From contig SLLU01000069.1 in the NCBI GenBank assembly GCA_007133925.1, positions 1 to 35,513 on the forward strand: DNA of 35,513 nucleotides. The letters run 5' to 3'. The notes below the pieces were generated by a model. The model did no database searches, was not told where the DNA came from, and saw only the letters and a program-made list of their open reading frames with translations. Made by a program: the position numbers and the translations under genes. Below are positions 26,934 to 35,513 of this stretch, piece by piece; the stretch's first letter is position 1, and each line of letters begins with the position of its first letter. Origin of the DNA: Candidatus Halarchaeoplasma halalkaliphilum (GTDB lineage: Archaea > Thermoplasmatota > Thermoplasmata > Halarchaeoplasmatales > Halarchaeoplasmataceae).

Positions 26934-27560
26934 ATGGCTTCGAAAAAGAAGGAAAAAACGGAAGCAGTTGATTGGTTCGACGAGCTTGACGAGGAATTGG
27001 AGAAGAAAACCGAAGAGACCTTTAGGGATATGGGTGAACGGGACTCCAAGTTAGCTGACATTAATCAACAGTTCATAAAGGACTTTTGGAGGATCTGGAT
27101 CCGCTTTGAAAAGATAAACGTGCACTTCAGCATGAAACCGGAATACAGCTCCTTTGCGAAGATAAAGGAATTTCCCGAGAACTGGGAGTTCAAGGAAAAC
27201 TTCGATTTTGCCGGGGTACGAACCATCCGACTGATGGATAAAACCCAGGATGAAAATCGGGCCGGAGACACTCTACTCATTGAGTATTACACCGATGAAG
27301 ATTCCTTCAAGGTGGGTATGTTCTTTGAATTCTGCGAAGGGGAGACCTACTACAAATACAGTGGCTGGAAAAGGATATACGCCAGATATATGATCTGGGA
27401 GACCGACTTCCCTCTGAAGAGCAAGGAGTTGGACAAATTCCATGAGTCCTTGAAGGATATCGTAAAGGTATGGTACGAGTCGCACCTGAAAAAGAATAGG
27501 AGTGTCATATTGGACCATATCAACCAGAACTACGACAAGATAGAGGAATATCCTGAATAG
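26934..27560 (+). CDS. Hypothetical protein
   Basis: 208-aa ORF with upstream TATA-like CTTATATA. No recognisable motif. Confidence 0.72.
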   Translation: MASKKKEKTEAVDWFDELDEELEKKTEETFRDMGERDSKLADINQQFIKDFWRIWIRFEKINVHFSMKPEYSSFAKIKEFPENWEFKENFDFAGVRTIRLMDKTQDENRAGDTLLIEYYTDEDSFKVGMFFEFCEGETYYKYSGWKRIYARYMIWETDFPLKSKELDKFHESLKDIVKVWYESHLKKNRSVILDHINQNYDKIEEYPE

Positions 27561-27664
27561 ATAAACCCCTTCCACTTTCACATTTTTTCTTGGCCCTCCC
27601 GTAAAGTGTTAAATACCTCAAAGGTTTAGCCGGTTATCACATTCGAAAAAAAAAGCGTGATAGA

Positions 27665-28975
27665 ATGAACAAAAACGAAGAACTCGCGCCCCATGTAAAC
27701 GATATAACCCGGGCGCTAAAAGGAAAAGCAAGCGAAGAAGAAGTCGAACGAGAACTCCAGGAGTGGCTGGAAAAATACAGGGTGGACCTGCCTACCGCCA
27801 AAAGATCGGTGGTCAACAAACTCGGAGGGGATCCCCAGGATCTTTACATCCGTACCGAGAAGAAGATCGGCGAGATAACAGGTGCGGAAAAGAACCTTGA
27901 GGTCAAGGTGAGGATCGTGTCCATAACCGAAAAGAACATAGAGGTGGATGGTGAACCCAAGAAGATATATTACGGTATCTTCGGGGATGACACGGGTACC
28001 ATACCCTTCACTCTGTGGGAGCCACTGACCGAGGAACTTGAAAAGGGTGATACAGTACATGTGATCAACGCATATGCCACCACATGGAACGACAAGCCCC
28101 AGATCAACATCGGTTCCCGGGGAAGGATGAAGATGCTCGAGGACGGTGATGTACCGGAATTCAAAAGAACCCCCCAGCGATGCAACATAATGGATGTTCG
28201 CGAGGGTATGAGAGACCTCATAATCACCGGTAGAATACTCTCTCTGGAGAACAAGATCATACAGACTGAAAACGGTGAAAAGGACCTCTGTTCGGGCATA
28301 GTCGCGGACCCCACGGGTAAGATACAGTTCAGCGCATGGCACGATTTTGACCTGAAAGAGGATCAGGTGATCGAGGTTGAGGGCGGATACATACGCTCAT
28401 GGAGAGGTGTACCCCAGCTGAGCTTTGACGAGAACGCCTCGGTGGAAGTCCTTGACGACTCCACTGTGCCCTCCGGAGCGGATCTGGAGGAGGCGGGTAT
28501 GATGACCATATCCCAGCTGGCCCGAAGGGGTGGTGCCGTGGATGCCATCATAGACGCCGTGATGATAGACGTGAAGAGCGGTAGCGGCTTGATATTCAGA
28601 TGCCCCGAGTGCAACCGTGTGGTCCAGAAGAGTGCGTGCAGGATACACGGAAAGGTTGACGGTGAACCGGACCTGCGTGTAAAGGGCATACTGGACGACG
28701 GTACCGGTGCCCTGACTGTCATAATCACCCGGGACGAAACCGAGAAGATACTCGGGTACGATCTGGACAAAGCGATGCAGATCGCCAGGGATCGGATGGA
28801 TCATGGTATAATAAAGGACGAACTCGAAGACCGACTCATAGCCCAGCCCCTGAGGTTGAAGGGAAACGTAACGTGCGACGACTACGGTCTCATGCTCATA
28901 GCAAGCGATGTGCAGGAGAAGAAGATAGACATGGAAAAGGAAGCCCGCAGACTCCTTGATGAGGTGAGGATATGA
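27665..28975 (+). CDS. rpa: Replication protein A large subunit (three OB folds + Zn finger)
   Basis: OB motifs GDDTGTIPFTLW, ADPTGKIQFSAW, LDDGTG, and Zn finger CPECNR...CRIHG. Confidence 0.92.
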   Translation: MNKNEELAPHVNDITRALKGKASEEEVERELQEWLEKYRVDLPTAKRSVVNKLGGDPQDLYIRTEKKIGEITGAEKNLEVKVRIVSITEKNIEVDGEPKKIYYGIFGDDTGTIPFTLWEPLTEELEKGDTVHVINAYATTWNDKPQINIGSRGRMKMLEDGDVPEFKRTPQRCNIMDVREGMRDLIITGRILSLENKIIQTENGEKDLCSGIVADPTGKIQFSAWHDFDLKEDQVIEVEGGYIRSWRGVPQLSFDENASVEVLDDSTVPSGADLEEAGMMTISQLARRGGAVDAIIDAVMIDVKSGSGLIFRCPECNRVVQKSACRIHGKVDGEPDLRVKGILDDGTGALTVIITRDETEKILGYDLDKAMQIARDRMDHGIIKDELEDRLIAQPLRLKGNVTCDDYGLMLIASDVQEKKIDMEKEARRLLDEVRI

Positions 28976-29862
28976 GCATGATACAGAGAGAGGTCGCCTG
29001 GAGACTGTTCGCCGAGGAATTCAACCAGTCAACGCTGGAGATCAGCGGCAGCGAGGCGGAAAGGACCCCGTCCTACGTGGTTACCCCCTTGGGTGCCATG
29101 GTCAACCGGGTGTACATGGTGGGTGTTCTCACGGAAACGGAGAACCTCGGGACCCAGGACGATCCCATGTGGAGAGCCAGGGTTTCTGATCCCACAGGAA
29201 CCTATTTCGTGTCCGCCGGGCAGTACCAGCCCGGCGCGGCCACCGCCATATCATCCCTGGAACCCCCTGCCTTCGTGGCAGTTGTGGGAAAGTCCAGTGT
29301 GTACAGACCTGACGATGAATCCATGTTCACCTCCCTGAGGTGCGAGTGCATCAAGGTGGTATCCGAAGAGCTTCGGGATTACTGGATCCTAGAAGCTGCC
29401 CGTGCCCTTAAAACGAGGCTGGAGGCCATGGAAGAGGCACGCAAGATGGATAACGTGTCCGTGGAAGAACTGACGAAGCTCGGATTCGAATCGGATCTAG
29501 CCAGGGGCGTGGTCAAGGCTGCGGAGCACTATGATTCCATTTCCCTGGACAAGTACTGGTCCATGCTGGAGGATTCCCTGATGTACGTCCTTCCCGAGTA
29601 CGAGAGGAGAACTACCCTGGAGGAATCCACCGATGTTACAGAGGAGGATAACAGCGAACTCGAGGATTTGATACTGGAGATCATAGGTGAGATGGAAGAA
29701 GAGTTGAGTCAGGACGAAGGAGTGGACTACGGAGACCTCATGGTGGAAGTGATGAACCGGGCAAAGATATCCGAAGAGGAGTTCGAAGAGGCCGTGAAGA
29801 ACCTCAGGTCCATCGGTCATCTTTACGAGCCGGACCTCGGTTCCCTTAAAAGAATATACTGA
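28972..29862 (+). CDS. RPA-associated/RPA2-like protein (OB fold + C-terminal winged helix)
   Basis: QREVAWRLFAEEF, PSYVVTPLGA, WRARVSDPTG, C-terminal GHLYEP. ATGA overlap with rpa. Confidence 0.88.
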   Translation: MSMIQREVAWRLFAEEFNQSTLEISGSEAERTPSYVVTPLGAMVNRVYMVGVLTETENLGTQDDPMWRARVSDPTGTYFVSAGQYQPGAATAISSLEPPAFVAVVGKSSVYRPDDESMFTSLRCECIKVVSEELRDYWILEAARALKTRLEAMEEARKMDNVSVEELTKLGFESDLARGVVKAAEHYDSISLDKYWSMLEDSLMYVLPEYERRTTLEESTDVTEEDNSELEDLILEIIGEMEEELSQDEGVDYGDLMVEVMNRAKISEEEFEEAVKNLRSIGHLYEPDLGSLKRIY

Positions 29863-29863
29863 A

Positions 29864-30610
29864 TCAGCCCTTCCCTTCCCGCTGTTTACCGATGGCTTCC
29901 CTCAGTTTCAGCTTCCCTTCCACCACCTGCTGAGCCAGGTCCTTTGAGATGGTGATCTCACCGTCACTCTGTATCCTGCTGCGTCTCTGCATCTCTTTTA
30001 TTTCACCATCTGTAGCCTCTACGTGGTGAGGACCATATGCGATCTCACCCAGGGATATCGCTATCTTCTTGGCGGCCTCTATGTCCGGAGAATCTACATG
30101 ATGGGTGGTGTATTCCTCGTTGACTATCTCTATCCTCAGGGGAAGACCTTTCAACGAATTGAGTGTCCGGTTCCGGTTGGTTTTATCACCGTGGCCCACC
30201 TTTACAACCATGGTATGAAAATCGTATCCCGCCATGTATCTTTCGATCAGATCCCTTACCGTCTCGGGGGACTCCGCGTATGCAGTTTCAAGGACCTTTC
30301 CGTCGCCCAGGAGTACCACTCCCGGTCTGAAACCGGGGTCTATGCCCACCACCATAACATGGTATGACGATTTTCCGGAGAGGGCATTGAGGGCGATCCT
30401 GACACCCATGCGTATGTCCTCATCAATACCAATCACATTATCGTGCTCTATCAACGGTTCCTCCGGAGGGGTGGTGAGGATCACACCCACGTTATCGGGG
30501 ATCCTGTCATGGGGGGAAAGACTGAGGAAGGGGATATCCCTCTGTTTCAGTTCCCTGACGAGGTCATAGTAGAACTCGAAATTGTCCGTGGCGATGGCTA
30601 GTATCTTCAC
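29864..30610 (-). CDS. Uncharacterised archaeal protein with RNase H-like (YqgF/RuvC-type) GIDPG motif
   Basis: VVGIDPGFRPGVVLL...VKVGHG...VNEEYTT...DIEAAKKIA. Confidence 0.72.
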   Translation of the reverse strand: MKILAIATDNFEFYYDLVRELKQRDIPFLSLSPHDRIPDNVGVILTTPPEEPLIEHDNVIGIDEDIRMGVRIALNALSGKSSYHVMVVGIDPGFRPGVVLLGDGKVLETAYAESPETVRDLIERYMAGYDFHTMVVKVGHGDKTNRNRTLNSLKGLPLRIEIVNEEYTTHHVDSPDIEAAKKIAISLGEIAYGPHHVEATDGEIKEMQRRSRIQSDGEITISKDLAQQVVEGKLKLREAIGKQREGKG

Positions 30611-30674
30611 TGTGAAGGGTAATAGTTCATGGGGATATATCTTTTTTGAAAAAAAAGAGAGAGAAAGGGTTTTT

Positions 30675-32033
30675 TTACTCCACGTGGGGAGCGGATCCGA
30701 TCAGTCCGGTTTCCATGAGGGTTTTCGTATGTTTTCTGCTTCTGAGTATAAGGCTCTCGGCCTTTGCCCTGAGTTCCTCCTCGCTGATCTCTATCCTTGC
30801 GATACCCTGTTCTATGGCTTTGAGACCCACACGGACCGCCTGATGGATGTAAACCTCGGTATTGTCCATGGTGGGTACCAGATAATCCTCATGTATGCCC
30901 TGACGTTCGGCAACCTCGGCTATGGCATAAGCCGCTTCTATGTGCATCTCGTCGGTGATGGTCTTGGCCCTGACATCCAGAGTACCCCGGAATATTCCCG
31001 GGAATCCGATGGAATTGTTAACCTGATTCGGGAAATCTGATCTCCCGGTACCCACTATCCTCACACCGGCCTCCTTGGCCTCCCAGGGCCATATCTCCGG
31101 TATGGGATTGGCTTCAGCAAAGAGGATACCGTCGTCGTTCATCTTGGTCAGCCATTCCTTCTTGATGGTGTCTGGTCCGGGTTTTGAGGCCGCTACGACC
31201 ACATCCTTGCCCTCGATTAGGTCGGGGATGCCGCCGTCCGTCTTGGCTTTGTTGGTCTTTTGTGCGAATTCCCACTTGACCGGGGAACGTTCCCTGTCCA
31301 GATCGTCCCTATCTGCATGCAGGAGTCCCCTGGAATCGCACAATGTGAGATTCTTTCCCGGGACACCGGCTTTTAATAAGGTTCGTGCCAAGCACAGATT
31401 GGCAGCCCCGGAACCTATCAGGCCTATCTCCACTTGGTCCAGTTCCTTGTCCACCACCTTCAAGCCGTTTATAATGGCTGCCAGGGTGATGGCTGCGGTG
31501 CCCTGCTGATCATCGTGCCAGACCGGTATGTCCATCTCTTCCCTTAGCCTGTCCAGTATGTAGAAACACTTGGGTTTGGATATGTCCTCCAGGTTGATAC
31601 CTCCGAAGGAGGGGGCTATCCACTTGACGGCCTGGATTATATCATCCGGCTCGTGGGCATCGATGCATATGGGAAATGCATCCACTCCACCCAGGTACTT
31701 GAAGAGCAGACCCTTGCCCTCCATGACAGGCATGCTCGCTTCCGGGCCGATATCTCCCAGCCCGAGAACCCTGCTCCCGTCACTGACCACGGCCACGTTG
31801 TTCCATTTGTTGGTGTGCTCGTAAACCTTCAGGGGGTTTGCGTGTATATCCTGACATGGCTTTGCGACACCTGGGGTGTACCAAACCCCAAAATCATCGA
31901 AGCTACTGACCTGTACCTTAGGGGATATCTCTATCTTGCCTCTGTAAAAGGGATGCCATTTCATGGACTTCCTTGCCGGTAGTTCCGCCTTCTTTATGAG
32001 TTCCTCTTTTGTAAGTTGCTCTTTTTTGCTCAT
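30675..32033 (-). CDS. NAD(P)-dependent malic enzyme
   Basis: YTPGVA, DGSRVLGLGDIG, PVMEGK, GGINLEDI, HDDQQGTA, GSGAA, ANPIPEI, TGRSDFPNQVNN. Confidence 0.95.
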   Translation of the reverse strand: MSKKEQLTKEELIKKAELPARKSMKWHPFYRGKIEISPKVQVSSFDDFGVWYTPGVAKPCQDIHANPLKVYEHTNKWNNVAVVSDGSRVLGLGDIGPEASMPVMEGKGLLFKYLGGVDAFPICIDAHEPDDIIQAVKWIAPSFGGINLEDISKPKCFYILDRLREEMDIPVWHDDQQGTAAITLAAIINGLKVVDKELDQVEIGLIGSGAANLCLARTLLKAGVPGKNLTLCDSRGLLHADRDDLDRERSPVKWEFAQKTNKAKTDGGIPDLIEGKDVVVAASKPGPDTIKKEWLTKMNDDGILFAEANPIPEIWPWEAKEAGVRIVGTGRSDFPNQVNNSIGFPGIFRGTLDVRAKTITDEMHIEAAYAIAEVAERQGIHEDYLVPTMDNTEVYIHQAVRVGLKAIEQGIARIEISEEELRAKAESLILRSRKHTKTLMETGLIGSAPHVE

Positions 32034-32088
32034 GGGACTGCCTCTGCGGAGGAAAGAATAAATGGCATATAAATATGTAATGGGGCTT

Positions 32089-32580
32089 TCACAGCAAATT
32101 CACGATCAATAGGAAGTTTCCTAGTCCCAGGAACACTCCCAGCAATATGGCCATGGCCATGAACATCCATGCCCGTATCTCCTCGCCCAGATGTTCCGCC
32201 CGTACGGCACCCAGAACGAGGCCGAGACCGATGATGACCATCCCTACGTTTATGAACAAAAGGGAGAAGATTATCATGGTTGATGCGTATCTGACCGGTT
32301 CTTCTGACCATTCCGATACAGCGTGCATGGAGAACAGAAGGGAATAGCCGGCGATCAAAAGGAGGAAGCCTATGATCAATATGTTGACATACCCAGTGTA
32401 TCTATCGGCGGTGGCAGATCTTCTGGGTTTTAACTTCTTCTTGCCGGAAGGGGATGCTGACCCGGTGTCCCATTTGAACCTGCGGTTGCATTTATTGCAG
32501 ATTCCTGAGCCATCTTCCAGGAACTCCATATCATCTGAGCCGCACGAACCGCATATGCCTTCCTGGGGTTTCCTCACCAT
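32089..32580 (-). CDS. Hypothetical membrane protein with N-terminal Zn ribbon and three TM helices
   Basis: CGSC...CNKC, a basic linker, then three hydrophobic segments. Confidence 0.72.
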   Translation of the reverse strand: MVRKPQEGICGSCGSDDMEFLEDGSGICNKCNRRFKWDTGSASPSGKKKLKPRRSATADRYTGYVNILIIGFLLLIAGYSLLFSMHAVSEWSEEPVRYASTMIIFSLLFINVGMVIIGLGLVLGAVRAEHLGEEIRAWMFMAMAILLGVFLGLGNFLLIVNLL

Positions 32581-32627
32581 TGATCCACCTTTTTTATAGC
32601 AACCGGGCGGGGGTCATAAATAAGTTT

Positions 32628-33599
32628 CTATTTTCTCCAGGCGATGTCAACCTCGTCGGTACGATAATTCTGCATGACGGCACTTTTTTCCAAGGGTGTT
32701 TCACAACCTGCCTTGTACATAATATAGCCAGTCCAGGCGATCATGGCTCCGTTGTCCACGCAAAGAGGGCCTGGAGGAGCGTATGCCCTGGCCCCTCTTT
32801 CTGCGGCCATGGTTTCCACCATGCCCCTTAGTCTTTTGTTCCGTGCAACGCCCCCTCCCAGTAAAACCTCGTTCTTGCTCGTATGTGCCAGAGCCCTCTC
32901 AGTGACCTCAGTGAGCATGGCGAAAACCGTTTCCTGCAAGGAGTAACAGAGGTCATCCAGGGGACTTGAAGAATTGAGAGAGGCTGTCAATATACCCGAG
33001 AAGGACACGTCCATCCCCTTGACACTGTAGGGCAGCTCAACGAATCCTTTGGCAAGGCTGGCCCTTCTTTCTATCTCCGGGCCAGCGGGGAAGGGCATGT
33101 GGTTCATCCTTCCGAACTTGTCAAGCATGTTCCCTACCCCTATATCCAGTGTCTCACCGAACACCCGGTACCTCCCCCGTGAAAACGCTATGACCTGGGT
33201 GTTTCCGCCGGAAGCGTAGAGTAGAACAGGGTCCGAGCAATCCGTTGTAAGTCGACCGATCTCTATATGGGCTATGCAGTGGTTCACCCCCACCAGTGGA
33301 ACCTTCAAGGCAAGAGATAATGCCCTGGCGGCGGTGGCCACCGTACGTAGGCAGGGGCCCAGGCCAGGACCCTGGGAAAAGGAGACGAGGGAGATATCCT
33401 CCCGCACTATACCTGCGGTTTCCAGGGCTTCGTTGATAGCGGGGAGCATATTGCTCGCATGGTGGTTGGCTGCCTCTCTTGGATGAATCCCCTCCTTTGG
33501 TTTGTAGCTCTTCATCACATTGGCTAACACGTTACCTTCTTCATCCAGGATACCCACGCCCAGTGTATGCGCGGTTCCCTCTAATCCCAATATATGCAT
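32628..33599 (-). CDS. kae1: tRNA N6-threonylcarbamoyltransferase Kae1 (stand-alone)
   Basis: LGLEGTAH, GIHPREAA, GPGLGPCL, VNHCIAHIE, SGGNTQ, GETLDI, GGVARN, DNGAMIA. Confidence 0.96.
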   Translation of the reverse strand: MHILGLEGTAHTLGVGILDEEGNVLANVMKSYKPKEGIHPREAANHHASNMLPAINEALETAGIVREDISLVSFSQGPGLGPCLRTVATAARALSLALKVPLVGVNHCIAHIEIGRLTTDCSDPVLLYASGGNTQVIAFSRGRYRVFGETLDIGVGNMLDKFGRMNHMPFPAGPEIERRASLAKGFVELPYSVKGMDVSFSGILTASLNSSSPLDDLCYSLQETVFAMLTEVTERALAHTSKNEVLLGGGVARNKRLRGMVETMAAERGARAYAPPGPLCVDNGAMIAWTGYIMYKAGCETPLEKSAVMQNYRTDEVDIAWRK

Positions 33600-33635
33600 A
33601 AAAAAAAGAAAGGGGAAGTGGGTTATACGTTTTTC

Positions 33636-33782
33636 TTACTTGGATTTACCGATGCGATAGACACCAGTACCGCAACCCGGGCACTCGCCCTTGTTGGCAG
33701 GTCTGCCGTTCTTCATGGTGACGGCCTGGGCGTTCTTCATCTCTACCTTTTTCCTACATTTTACACAGTATGCTTCTACCAT
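33636..33782 (-). CDS. 48-aa basic Zn-ribbon protein (DUF5679-like)
   Basis: MVEAYCVKCRKKVEMKN...MKNGRPANKGECPGCGTGVYRIG. Start is ATG 33782; the track's longer start overlaps rnpB. TTTAATA upstream. Confidence 0.82.
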   Translation of the reverse strand: MVEAYCVKCRKKVEMKNAQAVTMKNGRPANKGECPGCGTGVYRIGKSK

Positions 33783-33866
33783 AATATTCACTGAGGGAGG
33801 TATAGGCGCCATGGATATTAAAGCTTTCCTTAGTTTGTGCCTAAATAGCCTCATATCAAAAGAGTT

Positions 33867-34197
33867 GAACAGGTGACCGTAGTAAGCCCCTTTCTGTTTC
33901 AAGACGGCATTCATCTATGCGTCCTACCCGCCGGTCCCGGAATGATCATCCCGGCATCTTTGGACTTGCTCCGGTGGGGAGTCGCCGTTTCATCGATCCC
34001 TCCGGTTCTCAGCTCTGCGGGTTAACTCACCTTGCCTTGCGGCAGGCTTCGCACACTTCACAGCTCACCGGAGGACGTGTCGTTTCTGCGCCCTTGCCGA
34101 GACTCTCGCCTCACCGCCTTGCGACGGTCCACCTTTTCCGCGGAGAGGGGACTTTCCTCAGGGTCGAACCCCGTCGGCCGTCCTCGGTCTCCTGTTC
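33867..34197 (-). ncRNA. rnpB: RNase P RNA, archaeal type A
   Basis: Conserved regions GAGGAAAGTCC, GCAGAAAC, TGAAACG, AGATGAAT, AACAGAAAGGGGCTTA. P1 is GAACAGGAGACCG/CGGTCACCTGTTC. P8 CCGTC-GCAA-GGCGG is present. Ends approximate. Confidence 0.94.
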
Positions 34198-34220
34198 GCA
34201 CTGTAGGTGGACTTCCGATG

Positions 34221-34230
34221 TATAAATAAT
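34221..34230 (-). promoter_or_regulatory. TATA box of rnpB
   Basis: ATTATTTATA on the minus strand, ~24 nt upstream of the P1 5' strand. Confidence 0.55.
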
Positions 34231-34246
34231 TGTTGATGGCCCTGCC

Positions 34247-34942
34247 TCAATGTATCTCCGGCCTGCCCTCGCTCCTGAGGACCCACATACCCTTATACTG
34301 GCTATACTCGAAAAAACCGTCTATCACGATGTGGTCGCCCTTGGCCATGTCCCTGTCAACATGCCAACCGTCCACCTCGCAGCTCAGCCTCCTGTACGGG
34401 TTATCTAGGGGGCAGATCACTATGTGTGTACCCCTTGAGATGGTCCAAAGGTCCTTCACCTCCCCGCGGACCCTTACGTTGGTGCCCTCGTACCACGTGG
34501 GATTCTCCAGTATGGACTCTATGGGTGTGAAACTGGATCTGGCCCTTTCCACCATCCTCATATCCCCGGGATTGGAGACCCTCATGCGATACTGGCGACC
34601 GTACTGTTCCACACGCCCCTGAAAGTACACTATTGCACCCGGGATCATGTACTCCTTTCCATCCACGTCCTCCATCACGTCCGAGTTTATCAACACCGTG
34701 ATTTTGTGTTCGTCTTCCGGCTCCCGTATGGAAACATGAAAGGTCCCGTGAAATAGTCTTCTGTCCATAACGTAACCCTGGGTCTTCACCACGGTATCCA
34801 AGTATTCCCCGTCTATATCCCCCACGGCGACCTGAGGGGGTTCTTGTGAAGCAGAGAGGACGAACAATGCGGATGTTCCCAGAAGAGCACCTAGAGTGAC
34901 GATAAATAACAATCTTTTTCCGTCGGGTTTGGGAAGTTCCAT
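34247..34942 (-). CDS. Membrane-anchored protein with two OB-fold-like domains
   Basis: N-terminal hydrophobic helix. Two repeats with OB pattern: VKTQGYV...PGAIVYFQGRVEQY and VRVRGEV...KGDHIVIDGFFEY. Confidence 0.72.
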   Translation of the reverse strand: MELPKPDGKRLLFIVTLGALLGTSALFVLSASQEPPQVAVGDIDGEYLDTVVKTQGYVMDRRLFHGTFHVSIREPEDEHKITVLINSDVMEDVDGKEYMIPGAIVYFQGRVEQYGRQYRMRVSNPGDMRMVERARSSFTPIESILENPTWYEGTNVRVRGEVKDLWTISRGTHIVICPLDNPYRRLSCEVDGWHVDRDMAKGDHIVIDGFFEYSQYKGMWVLRSEGRPEIH

Positions 34943-34946
34943 CAGA

Positions 34947-35513
34947 TCACCCCAGGAGTTCCGTCAGCCTGGTTTCCAGTATCTCCGCGGGTATGTCCGA
35001 TAGTGAAACTTCCGTTGTCCGACCCCTGTTGGATGAAACGGTGGTGGTGTTTAGGAGTCCGTGATCCGATATGGAGTTCAGGTACTTCCAGAACTGGGTG
35101 TGGCCCAGCTTTTTTTGTCCGAACTCTTCGCACACCACCTTGTAACATTCCTCTACGTCACCGGTGGTGGTGAAGGGTGAAGACCTCAGGAGCCGGACCG
35201 CCGATAGCAGCACCAGGCGTTCCTGAAGATTGAGTTCCCTTATCTTGTCCTCGGTGAAATAGGGATCGATATCCGCCTTGGCACCCCTTATGTCCTCCGC
35301 ACCTATGTTGTCCTTTCCCTTGGCCTCCGCAATAAGGGAGGCACGTTCAAGGAGCTCTATGCCGAACCGGGCATCGCCCCTTTCGGACGACGCTGTGGTT
35401 GACAGAAGTCTCAACTCCGCTTCACCCAGAGCATCTGGATAAAGGGCCAGCTCCGAACGATATGCAAGGATGTCGTGGAGTTCCTCCTGGGAATACTTAG
35501 GGAATTTTACCCG
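34947..35513 (-). CDS. cdc6: Orc1/Cdc6 replication initiator (partial: C-terminal AAA+ lid and winged helix)
   Basis: Frame open to the right edge: FPKYSQEELHDIL..., GDARFGIELL, TTGDVEECYKVVCEEFG...HTQFWKYL...RGRTT. Confidence 0.92.
   Translation of the reverse strand, partial: RVKFPKYSQEELHDILAYRSELALYPDALGEAELRLLSTTASSERGDARFGIELLERASLIAEAKGKDNIGAEDIRGAKADIDPYFTEDKIRELNLQERLVLLSAVRLLRSSPFTTTGDVEECYKVVCEEFGQKKLGHTQFWKYLNSISDHGLLNTTTVSSNRGRTTEVSLSDIPAEILETRLTELLG

Noticed and set aside
32628-33599. Truncated Kae1-Bud32 fusion
   Set aside because: The Kae1 domain is complete and the downstream gene is unrelated. Stand-alone Kae1 is common in archaea.
33783-34229. ORFs 33917-34225 and 34032-34229, and the long start of 33636-33914
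   Set aside because: They overlap the RNase P RNA gene.
1-35513. CRISPR array, IS element, integrase or provirus
   Set aside because: No regularly spaced repeats, terminal inverted repeats or recombinase/transposase motifs found by eye.

Overview
Core-genome window from an archaeon. The gene complement suggests Thermoplasmatota, but that is an inference. From left to right: a >=1551-aa CARDB-type surface protein running off the left edge (missing from the ORF track); DNA polymerase D small subunit; an intron-containing tRNA-Met; ribosomal protein eS1 (S3ae) fused to a helix-hairpin-helix domain; a methanogen-type SerRS; a CBS/V4R/Roadblock cluster; a NadM-PncC fusion; a tRNA cluster (Val-TAC with intron, Ile2-CAT, Arg-CCT); a wHTH-NTPase-TPR protein; a RecJ/GAN-like DHH nuclease; a complete 14-gene Mrp-Mbh [NiFe] hydrogenase operon with a convergent maturation protease; aMBF1; RPA plus its partner; malic enzyme; Kae1; a small Zn-ribbon protein; RNase P RNA; and the 3' part of orc1/cdc6. 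The most unusual signal lies in the Ile2-Arg tRNA spacer. It is a near-perfect copy of a tRNA-Arg 5' half with TCA at the anticodon position, interrupted by a 58-nt two-hairpin insertion that resembles the tRNA-Met intron 5 kb away. No CRISPR array, integrase or transposase was seen.
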